Below, one piece after another: positions 1 to 10,144 of a stretch of 64,000 bases of DNA; positions within the stretch are counted from its first letter, which is position 1, and every line of letters starts with the position of its first letter. The stretch is from Nitrosopumilus sp. (GTDB lineage: Archaea; Thermoproteota; Nitrososphaeria; Nitrososphaerales; Nitrosopumilaceae). The position numbers and the translations under genes are program-made. The stretch covers positions 1,794,699 through 1,858,698 of the forward strand of contig OY759726.1 of the NCBI GenBank assembly GCA_963662625.1. Direction: 5' to 3'. The notes under the pieces were generated by a model. The model saw only the letters and a list, made by a program, of their open reading frames with translations. It had not been told where the DNA came from and ran no database searches.

Positions 1-1122
1 GTCCTGGGCTCCGGGGTCATGGGCCACGGGATTGCCCAGGTGTCGGCGGTTGCGGGGTACGACGTCGTCCTGCGCGACATAGAGCGCGGGTTCCTGGACA
101 GGGCCATGGAAAAGATACGGTGGAGCCTGGACAAGATGGTGGAGAAGCGGAAGGTCTCGCGGGAGGAGGCAGACGCGGCATACTCCAGGATCACGCCGGC
201 AGTCGACCTCAAGGAAGCCGTGGGGGGGGCGCAGCTGGTGATAGAGGTGGTCCCGGAGATCATGGAGCTGAAGAAAAAGGTCTACGCGGAGCTCGACGAG
301 GCGGCCGGGGGGGACGTGATATTCGCCTCGAACACCAGCACGCTGCCGATCACCGAGATCGCCGGCGCGACCAGCAGGCCGGACAGGTTCGTCGGGATAC
401 ACTTCTTCAACCCGCCGCAGCTGATGAGGCTGGTGGAAGTTATCCCCGGAGAGAAGACGTCCCGGGACACCGTGGAGGCGACCCTGGACTACGTCGGGTC
501 CGTGAAGAAGGAGGCGGTGCTGTGCAGGCGCGACGTCCCGGGATTCATAGTCAACAGGCTGTTCATACCGGTTATACACGAGGCGTGCCACGCCAGGGAC
601 AGGACGGGCGCCGCGATCGAGGAGATCGACTCTGCCGTTAAGTTCGGGCTGGGCTTCCCCATGGGGATATTCGAGCTGGCCGACTTTACCGGCATGGACG
701 TCGTCCACAAGGCGACCGTCGAGATGCACATGCGCGACAAGAAGGTCGTCCGGCCCCACCCCGAGATCGGGAGGATGTTCGAGGAGAAGAGGCTGGGGCA
801 AAAGTCCGGCGAGGGGTTTTACAGGTATTCGGACGAGAATTACGAGAGGGTCGCGCTGTCGGAGGAGCTCGCGAGGGGGTTCGACCCCGTCCAGCTGCTC
901 GCAAACATCATGAACAACGCGGCGTGGCTCGTCACGAACGGGGCAAGCGACGTCGAGGAGATCGAGAAGGCCGCCCGGCTCGGGCTTGGGCTGAGAAAAC
1001 CGCTCTTCGAGACCGCCGGGGAGGCCGGGATCGGGAAAATCATCGGCGAGCTGAACGGGCTTGCCGCCGAGCACGGGGCGTTCTACGAGCCGGACCCGTT
1101 CCTGGAGTCTATGCGGCGATGA
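1..1122 (+). CDS. 3-hydroxyacyl-CoA / 3-hydroxybutyryl-CoA dehydrogenase (5' truncated by window edge)
   Basis: Frame open from base 1 (VLGSGVMGHG Rossmann motif); SNTSTL, HFFNPP and PGFIVNR motifs of the 3HCDH family. Confidence 0.92.
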   Translation, partial: VLGSGVMGHGIAQVSAVAGYDVVLRDIERGFLDRAMEKIRWSLDKMVEKRKVSREEADAAYSRITPAVDLKEAVGGAQLVIEVVPEIMELKKKVYAELDEAAGGDVIFASNTSTLPITEIAGATSRPDRFVGIHFFNPPQLMRLVEVIPGEKTSRDTVEATLDYVGSVKKEAVLCRRDVPGFIVNRLFIPVIHEACHARDRTGAAIEEIDSAVKFGLGFPMGIFELADFTGMDVVHKATVEMHMRDKKVVRPHPEIGRMFEEKRLGQKSGEGFYRYSDENYERVALSEELARGFDPVQLLANIMNNAAWLVTNGASDVEEIEKAARLGLGLRKPLFETAGEAGIGKIIGELNGLAAEHGAFYEPDPFLESMRR

Positions 1123-1618
1123 GGCCCAGGATCGCCCCGACCGCGCCCTTGGCCGTGTCGGCGCCCACGATCCTGACGTTCCGCCTGTGGTCCACGTAGC
1201 CGTCGACGAACTGGGCCGTGACTCCTCCCATGTTCCTTACCGCGACCATGGGCTTCCTGTGCATGTAGGCCGCGCATATCTCGGACAGCGTACCAGAGCC
1301 CCCGCCGACGATGACCACCCCGTCGGCAGACAGCGCGTTCAGAAAGTCCCGCGTCAGGCCCATGCCGGTGGGGACGACTATGTCGCAGTACCGGTTCGCG
1401 AGCGACGCGTCGTCCTGCGGGATTATCCCGAGGACCGTCCCGCCCGCCTCGTGCGCGCCCCGGGACGAGGCGCTCATGACCCCTCCCATGCCGCCGGTGA
1501 CCAGCACGCTGCCTGACCTTGCGACCTCGGCGCCCACCTCGTAGGCCACCCTCCGGTGCTCCTCGGTGCACCCGTTGTCGTTGTTCCCGATTACGAGGAT
1601 CTGCCGCTTCCTTGCCAA
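1109..1618 (-). CDS. LOG/TIGR00725 family Rossmann-fold nucleotide-binding protein
   Basis: TGGMGGVM, PTGMG..RD..N and GGGSGTLSE motifs; TTG start inferred. Confidence 0.85.
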   Translation of the reverse strand: MARKRQILVIGNNDNGCTEEHRRVAYEVGAEVARSGSVLVTGGMGGVMSASSRGAHEAGGTVLGIIPQDDASLANRYCDIVVPTGMGLTRDFLNALSADGVVIVGGGSGTLSEICAAYMHRKPMVAVRNMGGVTAQFVDGYVDHRRNVRIVGADTAKGAVGAILGLIAA

Positions 1619-1790
1619 CGCCCGATCATGGCCGGCCGCGGTCAAAAATCTTTCGAGTGGCGCCCCCCAGAGGCCCCGCCGCCATCTTCCCGCGGGGGGC
1701 GCGCACGGGCGGCCGGCGGGCCGGCTTTGCACGCGCTGCGAGCGTCTGCCCGAACGCAAGAGATATTAGATAAAGGCGCAAAGCCAGCAC

Positions 1791-1910
1791 ATGGAAAGAC
1801 GCACGGTTCCCGTATGCTTTACGGAAAAACAGTACAAGATGATCGAGGAGTTTGCCAAGAGGAAAGGCATGCTCAACGCGAGCCAGGCCCTTGAGAAGCT
1901 GCTCGGGTAG
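1791..1910 (+). CDS. 39-aa ribbon-helix-helix-like microprotein
   Basis: Not in ORF track. MERRTVPVCFTEKQYKMIEEFAKRKGMLNASQALEKLLG; beta-helix-helix pattern; AT-rich promoter-like stretch at ~1762-1774. Confidence 0.7.
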   Translation: MERRTVPVCFTEKQYKMIEEFAKRKGMLNASQALEKLLG

Positions 1911-2085
1911 GACGTCCCGCCCCGCGGGATCCAGGCCGCGTCCCCAGGGCCGGCGCGGCACCGCGGGCTTTTCGGCATTCCAGACTCCCCAGGCGTACGC
2001 GCGGCCTGGCATGGAACAGCAGGCCCGCGCCGCCGGCCGGACTCGCGCGGCGGCTGGCCGCCAAGCGCAAAAAAAAAGAACGGGT

Positions 2086-3192
2086 TTACGCCCGGGTGCC
2101 CAGTCTGGATTTTGCAGAGACCGCTATGAGGCTCGTGATCGCGACGGCGAGGACTGTCATCGCTATGGTTCCGAACTCCGGGACTATCGTCGCTATGGTG
2201 TCCATCTTTGCCAGTATCGCGTCGATCTGCGCGTTCACCGCCGAAGGCGCCGCGCCGGACTTGATCATGTTCCGGAGATCCTCCCTCATCATGATCTCGA
2301 CCTCGGCCATCAGGTCTTCCTTGCCGAGATCAATCAGCGGTGCCTCGAGGAACTCGTAGTTGTCCAGGTACGCCCTTGTCGCGAGGCTCAGCGCCAGGTC
2401 ACCGTCTCCGTCGCCGTACGCCTGCTTGGCGTCTGCAAGAAGCGTCCTTATGTTTTCGACGTATGCGAGCAGGTCGTCGCCCGTGCCATCGTCTCCGGCG
2501 ATCTGGTCGATCTTGGAAAGGATCCCGCCTACCTGCGCCTCCACGGCGGACGGGTCTGCCAGCGAGCCGTAGGACGCCCATACCTGGTCATAGTATGACG
2601 CGATCTCAGTGGCGTCCCCCGGGTCAAGGTCGCCGCTTACCGTGTCGAAGATCTGCTGGGATCTCCACACGAACGCGGAACCGTCCTGGAACTCCGCCAT
2701 CTCCGTGATCGCGCCGCCGGTCACCGCCTCGCCGTACTCCGCGACCGACGTCTCGAGCAGGCCCCGCATCAGGTTTAGCTTGAATTCGGGGTCGTTGCTC
2801 AGCCGGTCGCCGACTATGGCAGCGCGGGCAGCCTCCACCGCCTGCTTTGCGTCGTCTATGGCCTGCTGCGCCTGCGCCCTCGGCACGTCCGTGGTCGCCT
2901 TGTCCTTCAGCTCCACCAGCGTGGCCTGCACCCGCGCGTCAAGCTCGGGATCGGCGGCCCTTAGCACAGGCCTCATCACGTCGTACAGCTCGGCGACGGG
3001 GTGCGTCGCGTGGGTTAGCGCAAGGGACGCGTTGCCGGCGTCCAGGTTCAGCTCGAGCGCCCTAAAGTGCCCGAGCGTCTCCTCCAGGTTGGCGGCGAGG
3101 TCGGCCTTCTCGTCATAAGATCCTGCAAATGCCAGCTGTGTCGAAGTCGCAGTGAGCATCACGAGCGTTGCCAACGCTATCAGTTTGTTCAT
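2086..3192 (-). CDS. PEFG-CTERM sorting-domain surface protein, acidic helical, probably metal(iron)-binding
   Basis: Signal peptide; C-terminal VPEFG + TM helix + basic tail; AYLDNYEFLE motif shared with the neighbouring FTR1 ectodomain. Confidence 0.85.
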   Translation of the reverse strand: MNKLIALATLVMLTATSTQLAFAGSYDEKADLAANLEETLGHFRALELNLDAGNASLALTHATHPVAELYDVMRPVLRAADPELDARVQATLVELKDKATTDVPRAQAQQAIDDAKQAVEAARAAIVGDRLSNDPEFKLNLMRGLLETSVAEYGEAVTGGAITEMAEFQDGSAFVWRSQQIFDTVSGDLDPGDATEIASYYDQVWASYGSLADPSAVEAQVGGILSKIDQIAGDDGTGDDLLAYVENIRTLLADAKQAYGDGDGDLALSLATRAYLDNYEFLEAPLIDLGKEDLMAEVEIMMREDLRNMIKSGAAPSAVNAQIDAILAKMDTIATIVPEFGTIAMTVLAVAITSLIAVSAKSRLGTRA

Positions 3193-3285
3193 TATGGTGA
3201 CTGTCCACGCGGTATTCATTTAAAGATAGGGCAGGTTACTTTGCACTGTTACATGGATTTGGAATGACGCGCCGCCGGGATCCCG

Positions 3286-5409
3286 CTAGGCGCTGATCAG
3301 TATGGCCGCGCGTTCGCTCTCTTCAAGCTCCTGCCTCACGGCATCCAGGATCTGCGGGGCCGACGTGAGGCTGGAATAGTCCACGAGTTTCAGGTCGTTG
3401 ATCAGGTAGATCTGGGGGACGATGTCGTTGTGCCGGGACTCCAGGTAGTCGTCGACCTCCTCGAGGATCGAGATCCTGCCCCCCTGGAATATCTTGCCGT
3501 TGTCCAGGGACTTTCTCATCTTCCCGAACCTGTCCAGTACCAGTACCGGGTGGCGGTTCCTCTTGCTAAGCAGGCGCTTTTCCGTGACGTGCCCGGTAAA
3601 CACCACGTAGTGGTCCGACTCGAAGCTGAGGTCCACCAGGTCGCCCGATATGCGGAGGATCTCGCGGGCCCTCCCCCTCAGATCCTCGAGCGTGAAGACG
3701 TTCCTTGACGTCTCGGCGCTGTCAAGCTCGATGTTTCCGGAGGCCGTCACGCGCAGGATGGACTTTTCCGGGATGTACTGGCTGTCGATCACGATCGACT
3801 CCGGGATCGCGCCCTTGCCGACGAGGATTGCGTGGATCTTCTTGTGTGCCTGGCTGAACTGCTCCGGCGTCGGGTCTGACACGGACTGCTCCATCTCCTC
3901 CTGCAGCATCGAGGACGCCACGCCTATCGACGATATCACCTCCGCGTGCCGTGCCTTGACGTACTTCAGCTGGAGCGCCTTTGCCACGGACGGGGCCAGG
4001 ACGGACGCCCCCCCGCCCCCGCCGATTATCCTGGCGTCCCGGGGATCCAGATCGAACTCCCGGATTATCTTGCTGACCGTGCGCACTATCTCGAAGGAGG
4101 CGGTGTGTATTATGGACTGCGCGACCTCGGCAAAGGACGTCACCCCGGTCTCCCTTGCCAGCAGGTCCATTGCCAGCCTGGCAGACTGACGGTTCGCGAA
4201 CGAGTAGTCGCCCTCCTCGACGAGTTCCAGCGCGTTTGCGGCGCACGTGTTGGTGACCGCGTACGTTCCCTTTTCGCACCGTATCGCGACGTACTCGTCG
4301 GCGTCCGCCTCGCGCGGCCTTACCTTGACCACCTTCCCCGTCCTTATGTCGTCCGGGTCCGCAAAGCACGCGTACTGGAGTCCGGCGATGTGCGCGCTCC
4401 TCGGGCCCACCTTCCACACCCTGTCGTCGCGCATCATCACCATGCTTCCCCCCGCCACCCCGAGCACCCTCACGTCCATGGAGCGGACGCACGTGGGGTG
4501 ATCCTTGATGGTGACGTACTTGAACTCGGGCCGGCCGTTTTTTATGATGCAGATGTTGGTGCTGGTGCCGCCCACCTCTACGAATATGCCGTTTGTCACC
4601 CTCAGGTATAGGAGCGCGCCCGCGACGCTTGCCGCGGGCCCCGACAAGATGGTGAGTATGGGCCTTGTCCGGAAGGTGTCCATGCTCGTCACCCCCCCGT
4701 CCCCCTTCATGATCATCAGCGGCGCGCTTATCTGGGAGTCCCGGATCGCGTCCTCCACGAACTTGGCCACCTGGAACGTCTTGGGCAGCACGCTGGCGTT
4801 TATCGCCGCGGTGATGGTCCTGATCTCCAGGCCGTACGTGCCCGAGATCTCGTGTGACGCCGTGGACAACATGCCCATGTCCGAGGCGTTCTCCATCACG
4901 AACTCCTCGTTTGACGGGTCGTCCACCCCGAACGACTCGGTCGCCACTATGACCTCCGCCCCCAGGTCCCGCATCTGCCGTATTGCGGCCTTTACCTCCC
5001 CCTCCGAGATGAGGTGGGCCGTGTCCAGGAACACGTGGCACGACCTGATGTCCTGCCCGGAGCCGGTTCCGGTGCCGCTCAGGTTGGTGCGCTTGACGAC
5101 GTCTTTCTTCTCCGGGCCCACCCCCATTGCGACTATCCCGACCTTGGCGGTATCCGACTCCAAAAGCGCGTTGATTGCCTGCGTCGTGCTGTGCGATATC
5201 AGCTCGATGTCCCCTGCCGCGAGCCTTGACTCGGCGGTGATGTTGCGCAGTGCCTGGAGTATCCCTTCTGCGACTCCCCTTTCTGCAAAGTGCGTGGTGG
5301 GCACCGTCGACTTTGAGAGGACGTCCCCGGTCCGCACGTCGATGGCGACTGCCTTGGTGAACGTCCCCCCGACGTCGATACCGATTCGGACCCTGCCCCC
5401 GCTACCCAT
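3286..5409 (-). CDS. Hydantoinase/oxoprolinase family protein
   Basis: IGIDVGGTFT, HSTT..NALL, SGPAAS and VGGTST motifs. Confidence 0.88.
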   Translation of the reverse strand: MGSGGRVRIGIDVGGTFTKAVAIDVRTGDVLSKSTVPTTHFAERGVAEGILQALRNITAESRLAAGDIELISHSTTQAINALLESDTAKVGIVAMGVGPEKKDVVKRTNLSGTGTGSGQDIRSCHVFLDTAHLISEGEVKAAIRQMRDLGAEVIVATESFGVDDPSNEEFVMENASDMGMLSTASHEISGTYGLEIRTITAAINASVLPKTFQVAKFVEDAIRDSQISAPLMIMKGDGGVTSMDTFRTRPILTILSGPAASVAGALLYLRVTNGIFVEVGGTSTNICIIKNGRPEFKYVTIKDHPTCVRSMDVRVLGVAGGSMVMMRDDRVWKVGPRSAHIAGLQYACFADPDDIRTGKVVKVRPREADADEYVAIRCEKGTYAVTNTCAANALELVEEGDYSFANRQSARLAMDLLARETGVTSFAEVAQSIIHTASFEIVRTVSKIIREFDLDPRDARIIGGGGGASVLAPSVAKALQLKYVKARHAEVISSIGVASSMLQEEMEQSVSDPTPEQFSQAHKKIHAILVGKGAIPESIVIDSQYIPEKSILRVTASGNIELDSAETSRNVFTLEDLRGRAREILRISGDLVDLSFESDHYVVFTGHVTEKRLLSKRNRHPVLVLDRFGKMRKSLDNGKIFQGGRISILEEVDDYLESRHNDIVPQIYLINDLKLVDYSSLTSAPQILDAVRQELEESERAAILISA

Positions 5410-7615
5410 TCTTCTTCCTCGACTTTCTCATCATGGCAAGCTTCCTCTCTTTCTTCGGCCTGAGAACCAGGACGTACGAGGCCGCCCCCAGGTAGACCCC
5501 CAGCAGGAGCACCTGGGCCACCACCGTCTCCAGGGTGGGGTATATGCCCGTCATCGTCGCGATGTTGATGTCGAGCCTCGGCACGGTCCCCAGCATGCTG
5601 GTGTACGGGAGCAGGTCCAGTATCTGGAGCTCCCTTACGGCGTTTCCCAGGAAGGCTATGGAAAGGTATGCCCCCACGCCCATGGTCAGGCCGAACAGCG
5701 CCCTGAGCGGCAGCCTCCTGCCCAGCCTCCTCATGACGTAGTATACGACGAAGAGGGATCCCATCCCCACCACGAACCCCAGGCCCACGTAGGCCTCCAT
5801 GTATTTCGCAAAGCCCGACATCGCCTGGTAGAAGAGGACCGTCTCGAACCCCTCCCGGTACACGGTGAAGAACGCCAGCATGACGAACACCATCACGCTC
5901 CCGGTGGTGGTCGCCTGCCACACCTTGGCCTTTACGAACTCCATCCACTTCCTGTGCTCGATCTTGTTCAGCACCCAGAAGCTCACGTAGAACAGGACTG
6001 CCGTCGCGGAGAGGGCGGCGACGGCCTCGATGAGCTCGCGGTTGACCCCGGAGATCTCGATTACGTACGACGCGACCACCCACGTCACGGCCGTCGCCGC
6101 CACGGCGGCGCCCACCCCGTAGAACACGTACTTCTTCAGCCTGTCGTTGCGCGATGCCTCGAGGTAGGTGAGTATGGCCCCGAGGATCAGTACCGACTCG
6201 AGCCCCTCCCGGAAGATTATGGCAAACGACGAGATGAACGCTATGGACGGGGCAAGCGTGCCCGTGCCGCTGACGAGGCGCTCCGACTCGTCCAAGTTCC
6301 TGTTGATGGCGGTGGCGACCTCCCTCACCTTCGCCGGATCGTCCCTCTGGTTGATCAGGTTGCGGAGCTCGGCGAACTGGTACTCCACCTCCAGCGTGAA
6401 GTCCGGGGCTATCTCGCGCAGCGGGATCTCCACGAACTCGTAGCTGTCGAGGTATGCCGACCTGGCAGTCGTGTACGCGGCGTGGTGGTCGCCCGCCTCG
6501 TAAAACGCCACCACGTCTGTCAGGGAGTTCCTGATATAGTCCACCTCGGCCCTCACGCCGGTCTTCTCCTCCTCGGTGGAGTCCCCCATCTGCCTCAGGG
6601 CGTCCGCCGGCGCGGCGTCCGCCGGGTTCGGCAGGCCGGGGTTCGAGGCCAGCGTCGCCGCCGCCAGATCTTCTGCGCGGTCAAGTCCGGGGAGTATCGT
6701 CCCCGTGAGGAACAGCCTTATCTCGTCCGGCGGATCCCCGTCCCGTATCATGCCCCGCAGGTTTTCGCGCATGTCGATCTCCAGCGCGTACAGCAGGTCC
6801 TTGTCCACCTTGTCAATCGCGGGCTCCAGGTACTCGAAGTTGTCCAGGTAGGCCACTATGGCCCTTTCTTCTGCCGCGGCATAGTCCCCCTCGTCCAGCA
6901 ACACGAGCATCTCGCCGTACAGCTCGCGGATGGTCTGGTAGAGTTCCTGCTGGTCAAACGCGACCGACTCGGTGCCGAGTACGTCTTTCTGTATGGCGGT
7001 TATGAGCCCGCCCACCTTGGCGAACTCCTCCCTTTCCGCGGTCTGCAGGTCCAGGTCGGCGAAGAACGACTCGATCTCCAGCGTCAGCCTTCCGTCAAAG
7101 TCGGTCTGCGGGAGCAGGGCGTGTGCCCTCTGGATCATGCCCCTGGAAAGGAGGTAGGACGTCTCCTCTCCCTCCAGGAGCCCCTCCTGGTACTGCTCGT
7201 CGGCCACCGCCAGCAGGCCGACGATCGCCATGTCCGGAGGCGCCGACTCGTCGTAGGGGATCTCTCGGAGCAGCTCCAGTACGCCGTCCAGGTCGGATGT
7301 CTCGCCGGAGCCGGAGCCGATCTTCGTGGCGGCGTCGAGCAGCATGACGTGTGCCTCGTCCACGTTCGGGGAGCCGGACGCGGTCCGGAGCGCCTGGACC
7401 TGCTTGCCAAAGTAGCCGGCGGCAAAGCCCGAATAATCCCTTGCGTCCTCCGTGTCGCCCGCGAGCAGGCTGTCCCGCGCCAGTTCCAGCGCCACGGACG
7501 TGACCTCGACGCCGGTCCTCACCGTGCCGTCGCCGGGATCCCCCAGCGACTCCCCGGCGGCCAGCGTGGACACCGCAAAAATGACCAACATTGCGGGGAT
7601 CCTTGCAGATGACAT
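5402..7615 (-). CDS. FTR1-family iron permease with large N-terminal ectodomain
   Basis: Two RExxE motifs (FREGLES, YREGFET) in the multi-TM C-terminal domain. Confidence 0.92.
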   Translation of the reverse strand: MSSARIPAMLVIFAVSTLAAGESLGDPGDGTVRTGVEVTSVALELARDSLLAGDTEDARDYSGFAAGYFGKQVQALRTASGSPNVDEAHVMLLDAATKIGSGSGETSDLDGVLELLREIPYDESAPPDMAIVGLLAVADEQYQEGLLEGEETSYLLSRGMIQRAHALLPQTDFDGRLTLEIESFFADLDLQTAEREEFAKVGGLITAIQKDVLGTESVAFDQQELYQTIRELYGEMLVLLDEGDYAAAEERAIVAYLDNFEYLEPAIDKVDKDLLYALEIDMRENLRGMIRDGDPPDEIRLFLTGTILPGLDRAEDLAAATLASNPGLPNPADAAPADALRQMGDSTEEEKTGVRAEVDYIRNSLTDVVAFYEAGDHHAAYTTARSAYLDSYEFVEIPLREIAPDFTLEVEYQFAELRNLINQRDDPAKVREVATAINRNLDESERLVSGTGTLAPSIAFISSFAIIFREGLESVLILGAILTYLEASRNDRLKKYVFYGVGAAVAATAVTWVVASYVIEISGVNRELIEAVAALSATAVLFYVSFWVLNKIEHRKWMEFVKAKVWQATTTGSVMVFVMLAFFTVYREGFETVLFYQAMSGFAKYMEAYVGLGFVVGMGSLFVVYYVMRRLGRRLPLRALFGLTMGVGAYLSIAFLGNAVRELQILDLLPYTSMLGTVPRLDINIATMTGIYPTLETVVAQVLLLGVYLGAASYVLVLRPKKERKLAMMRKSRKKNG

Positions 7616-7653
7616 CGGGGTTTATCATGTAGACCTGAAAATACTATTTAAAT

Positions 7654-7689
7654 CCGAGATTCATTTCAAGCCCGTAGAATGAATTTCGG
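7654..7689. promoter_or_regulatory. 12-bp inverted repeat next to the FTR1 TATA box (operator or terminator candidate)
   Basis: ccgagattcatt-N12-aatgaatttcgg (1 mismatch) adjacent to minus-strand TTTAAATA at 7645-7652. Confidence 0.4.
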
Positions 7690-7740
7690 GGAACGCCGGG
7701 CGCGCCGCGCCGTTCCGGCATTCTCCCGGGCAGGAACGTC

Positions 7741-9495
7741 TCATCCAGCGGCGTTCCGGATCCGCCGTCCGCCTGGCGCCGCGCGGCCCCGAATCCTACC
7801 CGCGGTCCAGCATGCCGCAACGACCGGGGCCGCCACGTAGAGGCCCGCTATCGCCGCCATCGCCAGCGACCCCAGCGCCACCACGGACGCCTCGGATCCC
7901 GGATCCGCCGCCGACATGATCCCCAGCACGTACAGGGCCGGCGTGACTGCGGTCCTGACCAGCCAGCGGAGTTCGGGGCTCTCCCTCTCGAGGTCGGCTA
8001 CCGCCGGGGAGAAGGAATAGTAGAACGCGTTGAACCCCTCCATGAAGTGGGATCCGGCGCCTGTCCGGAGCAGCGTCCCGTCGCGCACCTCGCGCAGGAA
8101 CTGGACCTGCGGGGCAAGCTCGCTCCCAAAGGCAGCAGTCGCGATGAGGCAACCGCCTCCGCCAGCCGCGTCGCCTTCCGCGGCATCGGCCGCGTCGCCT
8201 TCCGCGGCATCGGCCGCGTCGCCTTCCGCGGCATCGGCCGCGTCGCCTTCCGCCTTCGCGTTGGCAACGCCCTCCAACCACGATATGCTGTCCGACTCTA
8301 GGCTGTAGGTGCCGGTACGGATCCACTCGTTGCCCTCCAGCTGCCATATCTCGTAGGTGCCGGTCTTCATGTCGCCCGCGTCGTTGAGCACGATCTGGCC
8401 GAAGATCCCGCTGCGCTCCTCGAGTACGCCTGGCAGTGCGGCGGCCACAAGGTCCGGATCCGTGGAACCGGCAGCCTGGACTGACAGGCCCAGCGCCCAG
8501 GCAGCCTCGTACGCGGTAAGGGAGTACACTATCGGCGTCCTGCCGACCGTGTCAAGCATGTATGACACGACCCTGTCCTGCACGGGGTTTTCCGGCGGGG
8601 CAAACAGCGTCACGGTGATCTGGGACTCGAAGAACTCCGAGGATATGCGGTCGCTTCCCGGGCCGCCCACGTTGAGGAGGGTGTCGCTTCCCACCCACTC
8701 GACGTCTGAGAGGTTTTCGTACTGGTATGCGGCCTGGGCTATGTTGATCCCCTCGGAGAACGTGAGCAGGAATACGGTTATGTTGTCACCGCCGGCTCTG
8801 GCGGCGACCTCGTCCACCTGATCTGAGAGCAGCGCCACCTCGGTCGAGAATTCGATTGCCTCCGGGTTGTACCTGACTCCGTCATGGACGGTTCCGCCCA
8901 GCTCCTCGAAGCGCTCCTTGGTGATCTTGACCAGATCGTCGCCCCAGGCGTCCCCCCTCCAGAAGGGTATCACGTGTGACGTCCCCATCGCCTCGAACAG
9001 CCGCGCATTCACGGGCGCCTGCGTGGTGGCATCCGGTATGAACCGGAATATCTTGTCTCCCGGGACCGCTAGGGACGGGGCGATCGAGCCGTATGATATG
9101 AGCACCATGTTGTTTGACGTCGCGTACCCCATCACGTTGCGCAGTTCGGCGCTGGAGTACGTGCCCACCACCAGGTCTATGCCGCGCGCCTTGAGAGACG
9201 TGAGCTTGTCCAGTGCCACCACCGGGGTTGACGCGCTGTCCTCCATCACTATGTCGAGTTGCCACCCGGCCCCGCTCTCCTGAAGGTACAGGTTTATGTC
9301 GGATTCCGCAAGATCCAGCGTCGCACGCACGTCCTGGCCGTGGACGGATCCGTCGCCCGTGATTGGCACCAGGGCCCCTATCTGGACGGTCCCGTCAAGC
9401 GGGACGGGGGCCTGGCCGTCGCTCTGCGCCACCGCGGTCGTGCAGGAGAACGCAAGAAGGCATGCCGCTGCTAAGGCGCAGAAACGCGGAACCAT
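7741..9495 (-). CDS. LivJ-type ABC substrate-binding protein with CFI-box-CTERM domain
   Basis: IGALVPITG N-terminus of PBP type 1; GCLIATAAFGSELAPQVQFLRE...FYYSFSP C-terminal domain plus TM helix. Confidence 0.88.
   Translation of the reverse strand: MVPRFCALAAACLLAFSCTTAVAQSDGQAPVPLDGTVQIGALVPITGDGSVHGQDVRATLDLAESDINLYLQESGAGWQLDIVMEDSASTPVVALDKLTSLKARGIDLVVGTYSSAELRNVMGYATSNNMVLISYGSIAPSLAVPGDKIFRFIPDATTQAPVNARLFEAMGTSHVIPFWRGDAWGDDLVKITKERFEELGGTVHDGVRYNPEAIEFSTEVALLSDQVDEVAARAGGDNITVFLLTFSEGINIAQAAYQYENLSDVEWVGSDTLLNVGGPGSDRISSEFFESQITVTLFAPPENPVQDRVVSYMLDTVGRTPIVYSLTAYEAAWALGLSVQAAGSTDPDLVAAALPGVLEERSGIFGQIVLNDAGDMKTGTYEIWQLEGNEWIRTGTYSLESDSISWLEGVANAKAEGDAADAAEGDAADAAEGDAADAAEGDAAGGGGCLIATAAFGSELAPQVQFLREVRDGTLLRTGAGSHFMEGFNAFYYSFSPAVADLERESPELRWLVRTAVTPALYVLGIMSAADPGSEASVVALGSLAMAAIAGLYVAAPVVAACWTAGRIRGRAAPGGRRIRNAAG
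8165..8253. repeat. 24-bp tandem repeat (3.7 copies) encoding an AEGDAADA linker
   Basis: gccgcgtcgccttccgcggcatcg x3 plus partial copy. Confidence 0.95.
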
Positions 9496-9736
9496 GAGTA
9501 GAGTACGGGTACTGCCATATAGGGTTTTTTGGCTGATCCAGCCAAACGAAATGCGGCCCCCACCAGGCGCAATGGCGGGGCGTTTGGGCATGCGAATGGG
9601 CGTTCGTCCCGCCCGTCCGGCACATTTCGCTTGACTGTGATCGGCGCGGGCGCGGGTTCCCCGCGGCAGCGCGGGCGGTCCCCCGCAGCGCGCGCCACGG
9701 TGCGCTGTTTTTATACCGCGCGGTGGCAGGGGAGGC

Positions 9737-10144
9737 GTGGACTGCGTCTTTTGCAGGATCGTGGAGGAGGAGGAGCCCGCAAGGATCCTCTCGGAGACGG
9801 GGCACTCGATGGCCCTGCTGGACGCGTTCCCGCTTGCCAGGGGCCACACGCTGATAATCCCAAAGAGCCACCGCGTAAAGGTGCAGGACATGTCCCCCGA
9901 GGAGTCGGCAGACCTTTTCGCCATGGTGCACCGCCTGGCCCCCCGGGTCGACGGGCTGACCGGCGCGACGCTTATCGCCATCCACGACGGCAAGGAGGCA
10001 GGGCAGGCGATCCCGCACCTCCACGTGCACATGGTCCCACGCTCGACCGGCGACTCGGCGACGGCGATACACGGCATGTTCGGCCCCGCGGTGGAGATGT
10101 CCGACGGCGAACTGGAAGATGTGCGCCGCAGGCTGGGCGACTAA
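9737..10144 (+). CDS. HIT family protein
   Basis: DCVFC N-terminus and HLHVH histidine triad. Confidence 0.95.
   Translation: MDCVFCRIVEEEEPARILSETGHSMALLDAFPLARGHTLIIPKSHRVKVQDMSPEESADLFAMVHRLAPRVDGLTGATLIAIHDGKEAGQAIPHLHVHMVPRSTGDSATAIHGMFGPAVEMSDGELEDVRRRLGD

Noticed and set aside
421-430. CTGATGAG as another hammerhead core
   Set aside because: Lies within the dehydrogenase coding sequence with no stem II/GAAA partner
4505-7612. 1035-aa plus-strand ORF and many other long overlapping ORFs (e.g. 21128-23575, 15835-17679, 28890-30401)
   Set aside because: Shadow or antisense frames of recognisable genes in high-GC DNA; Arg/Gly/Pro-rich with no motifs
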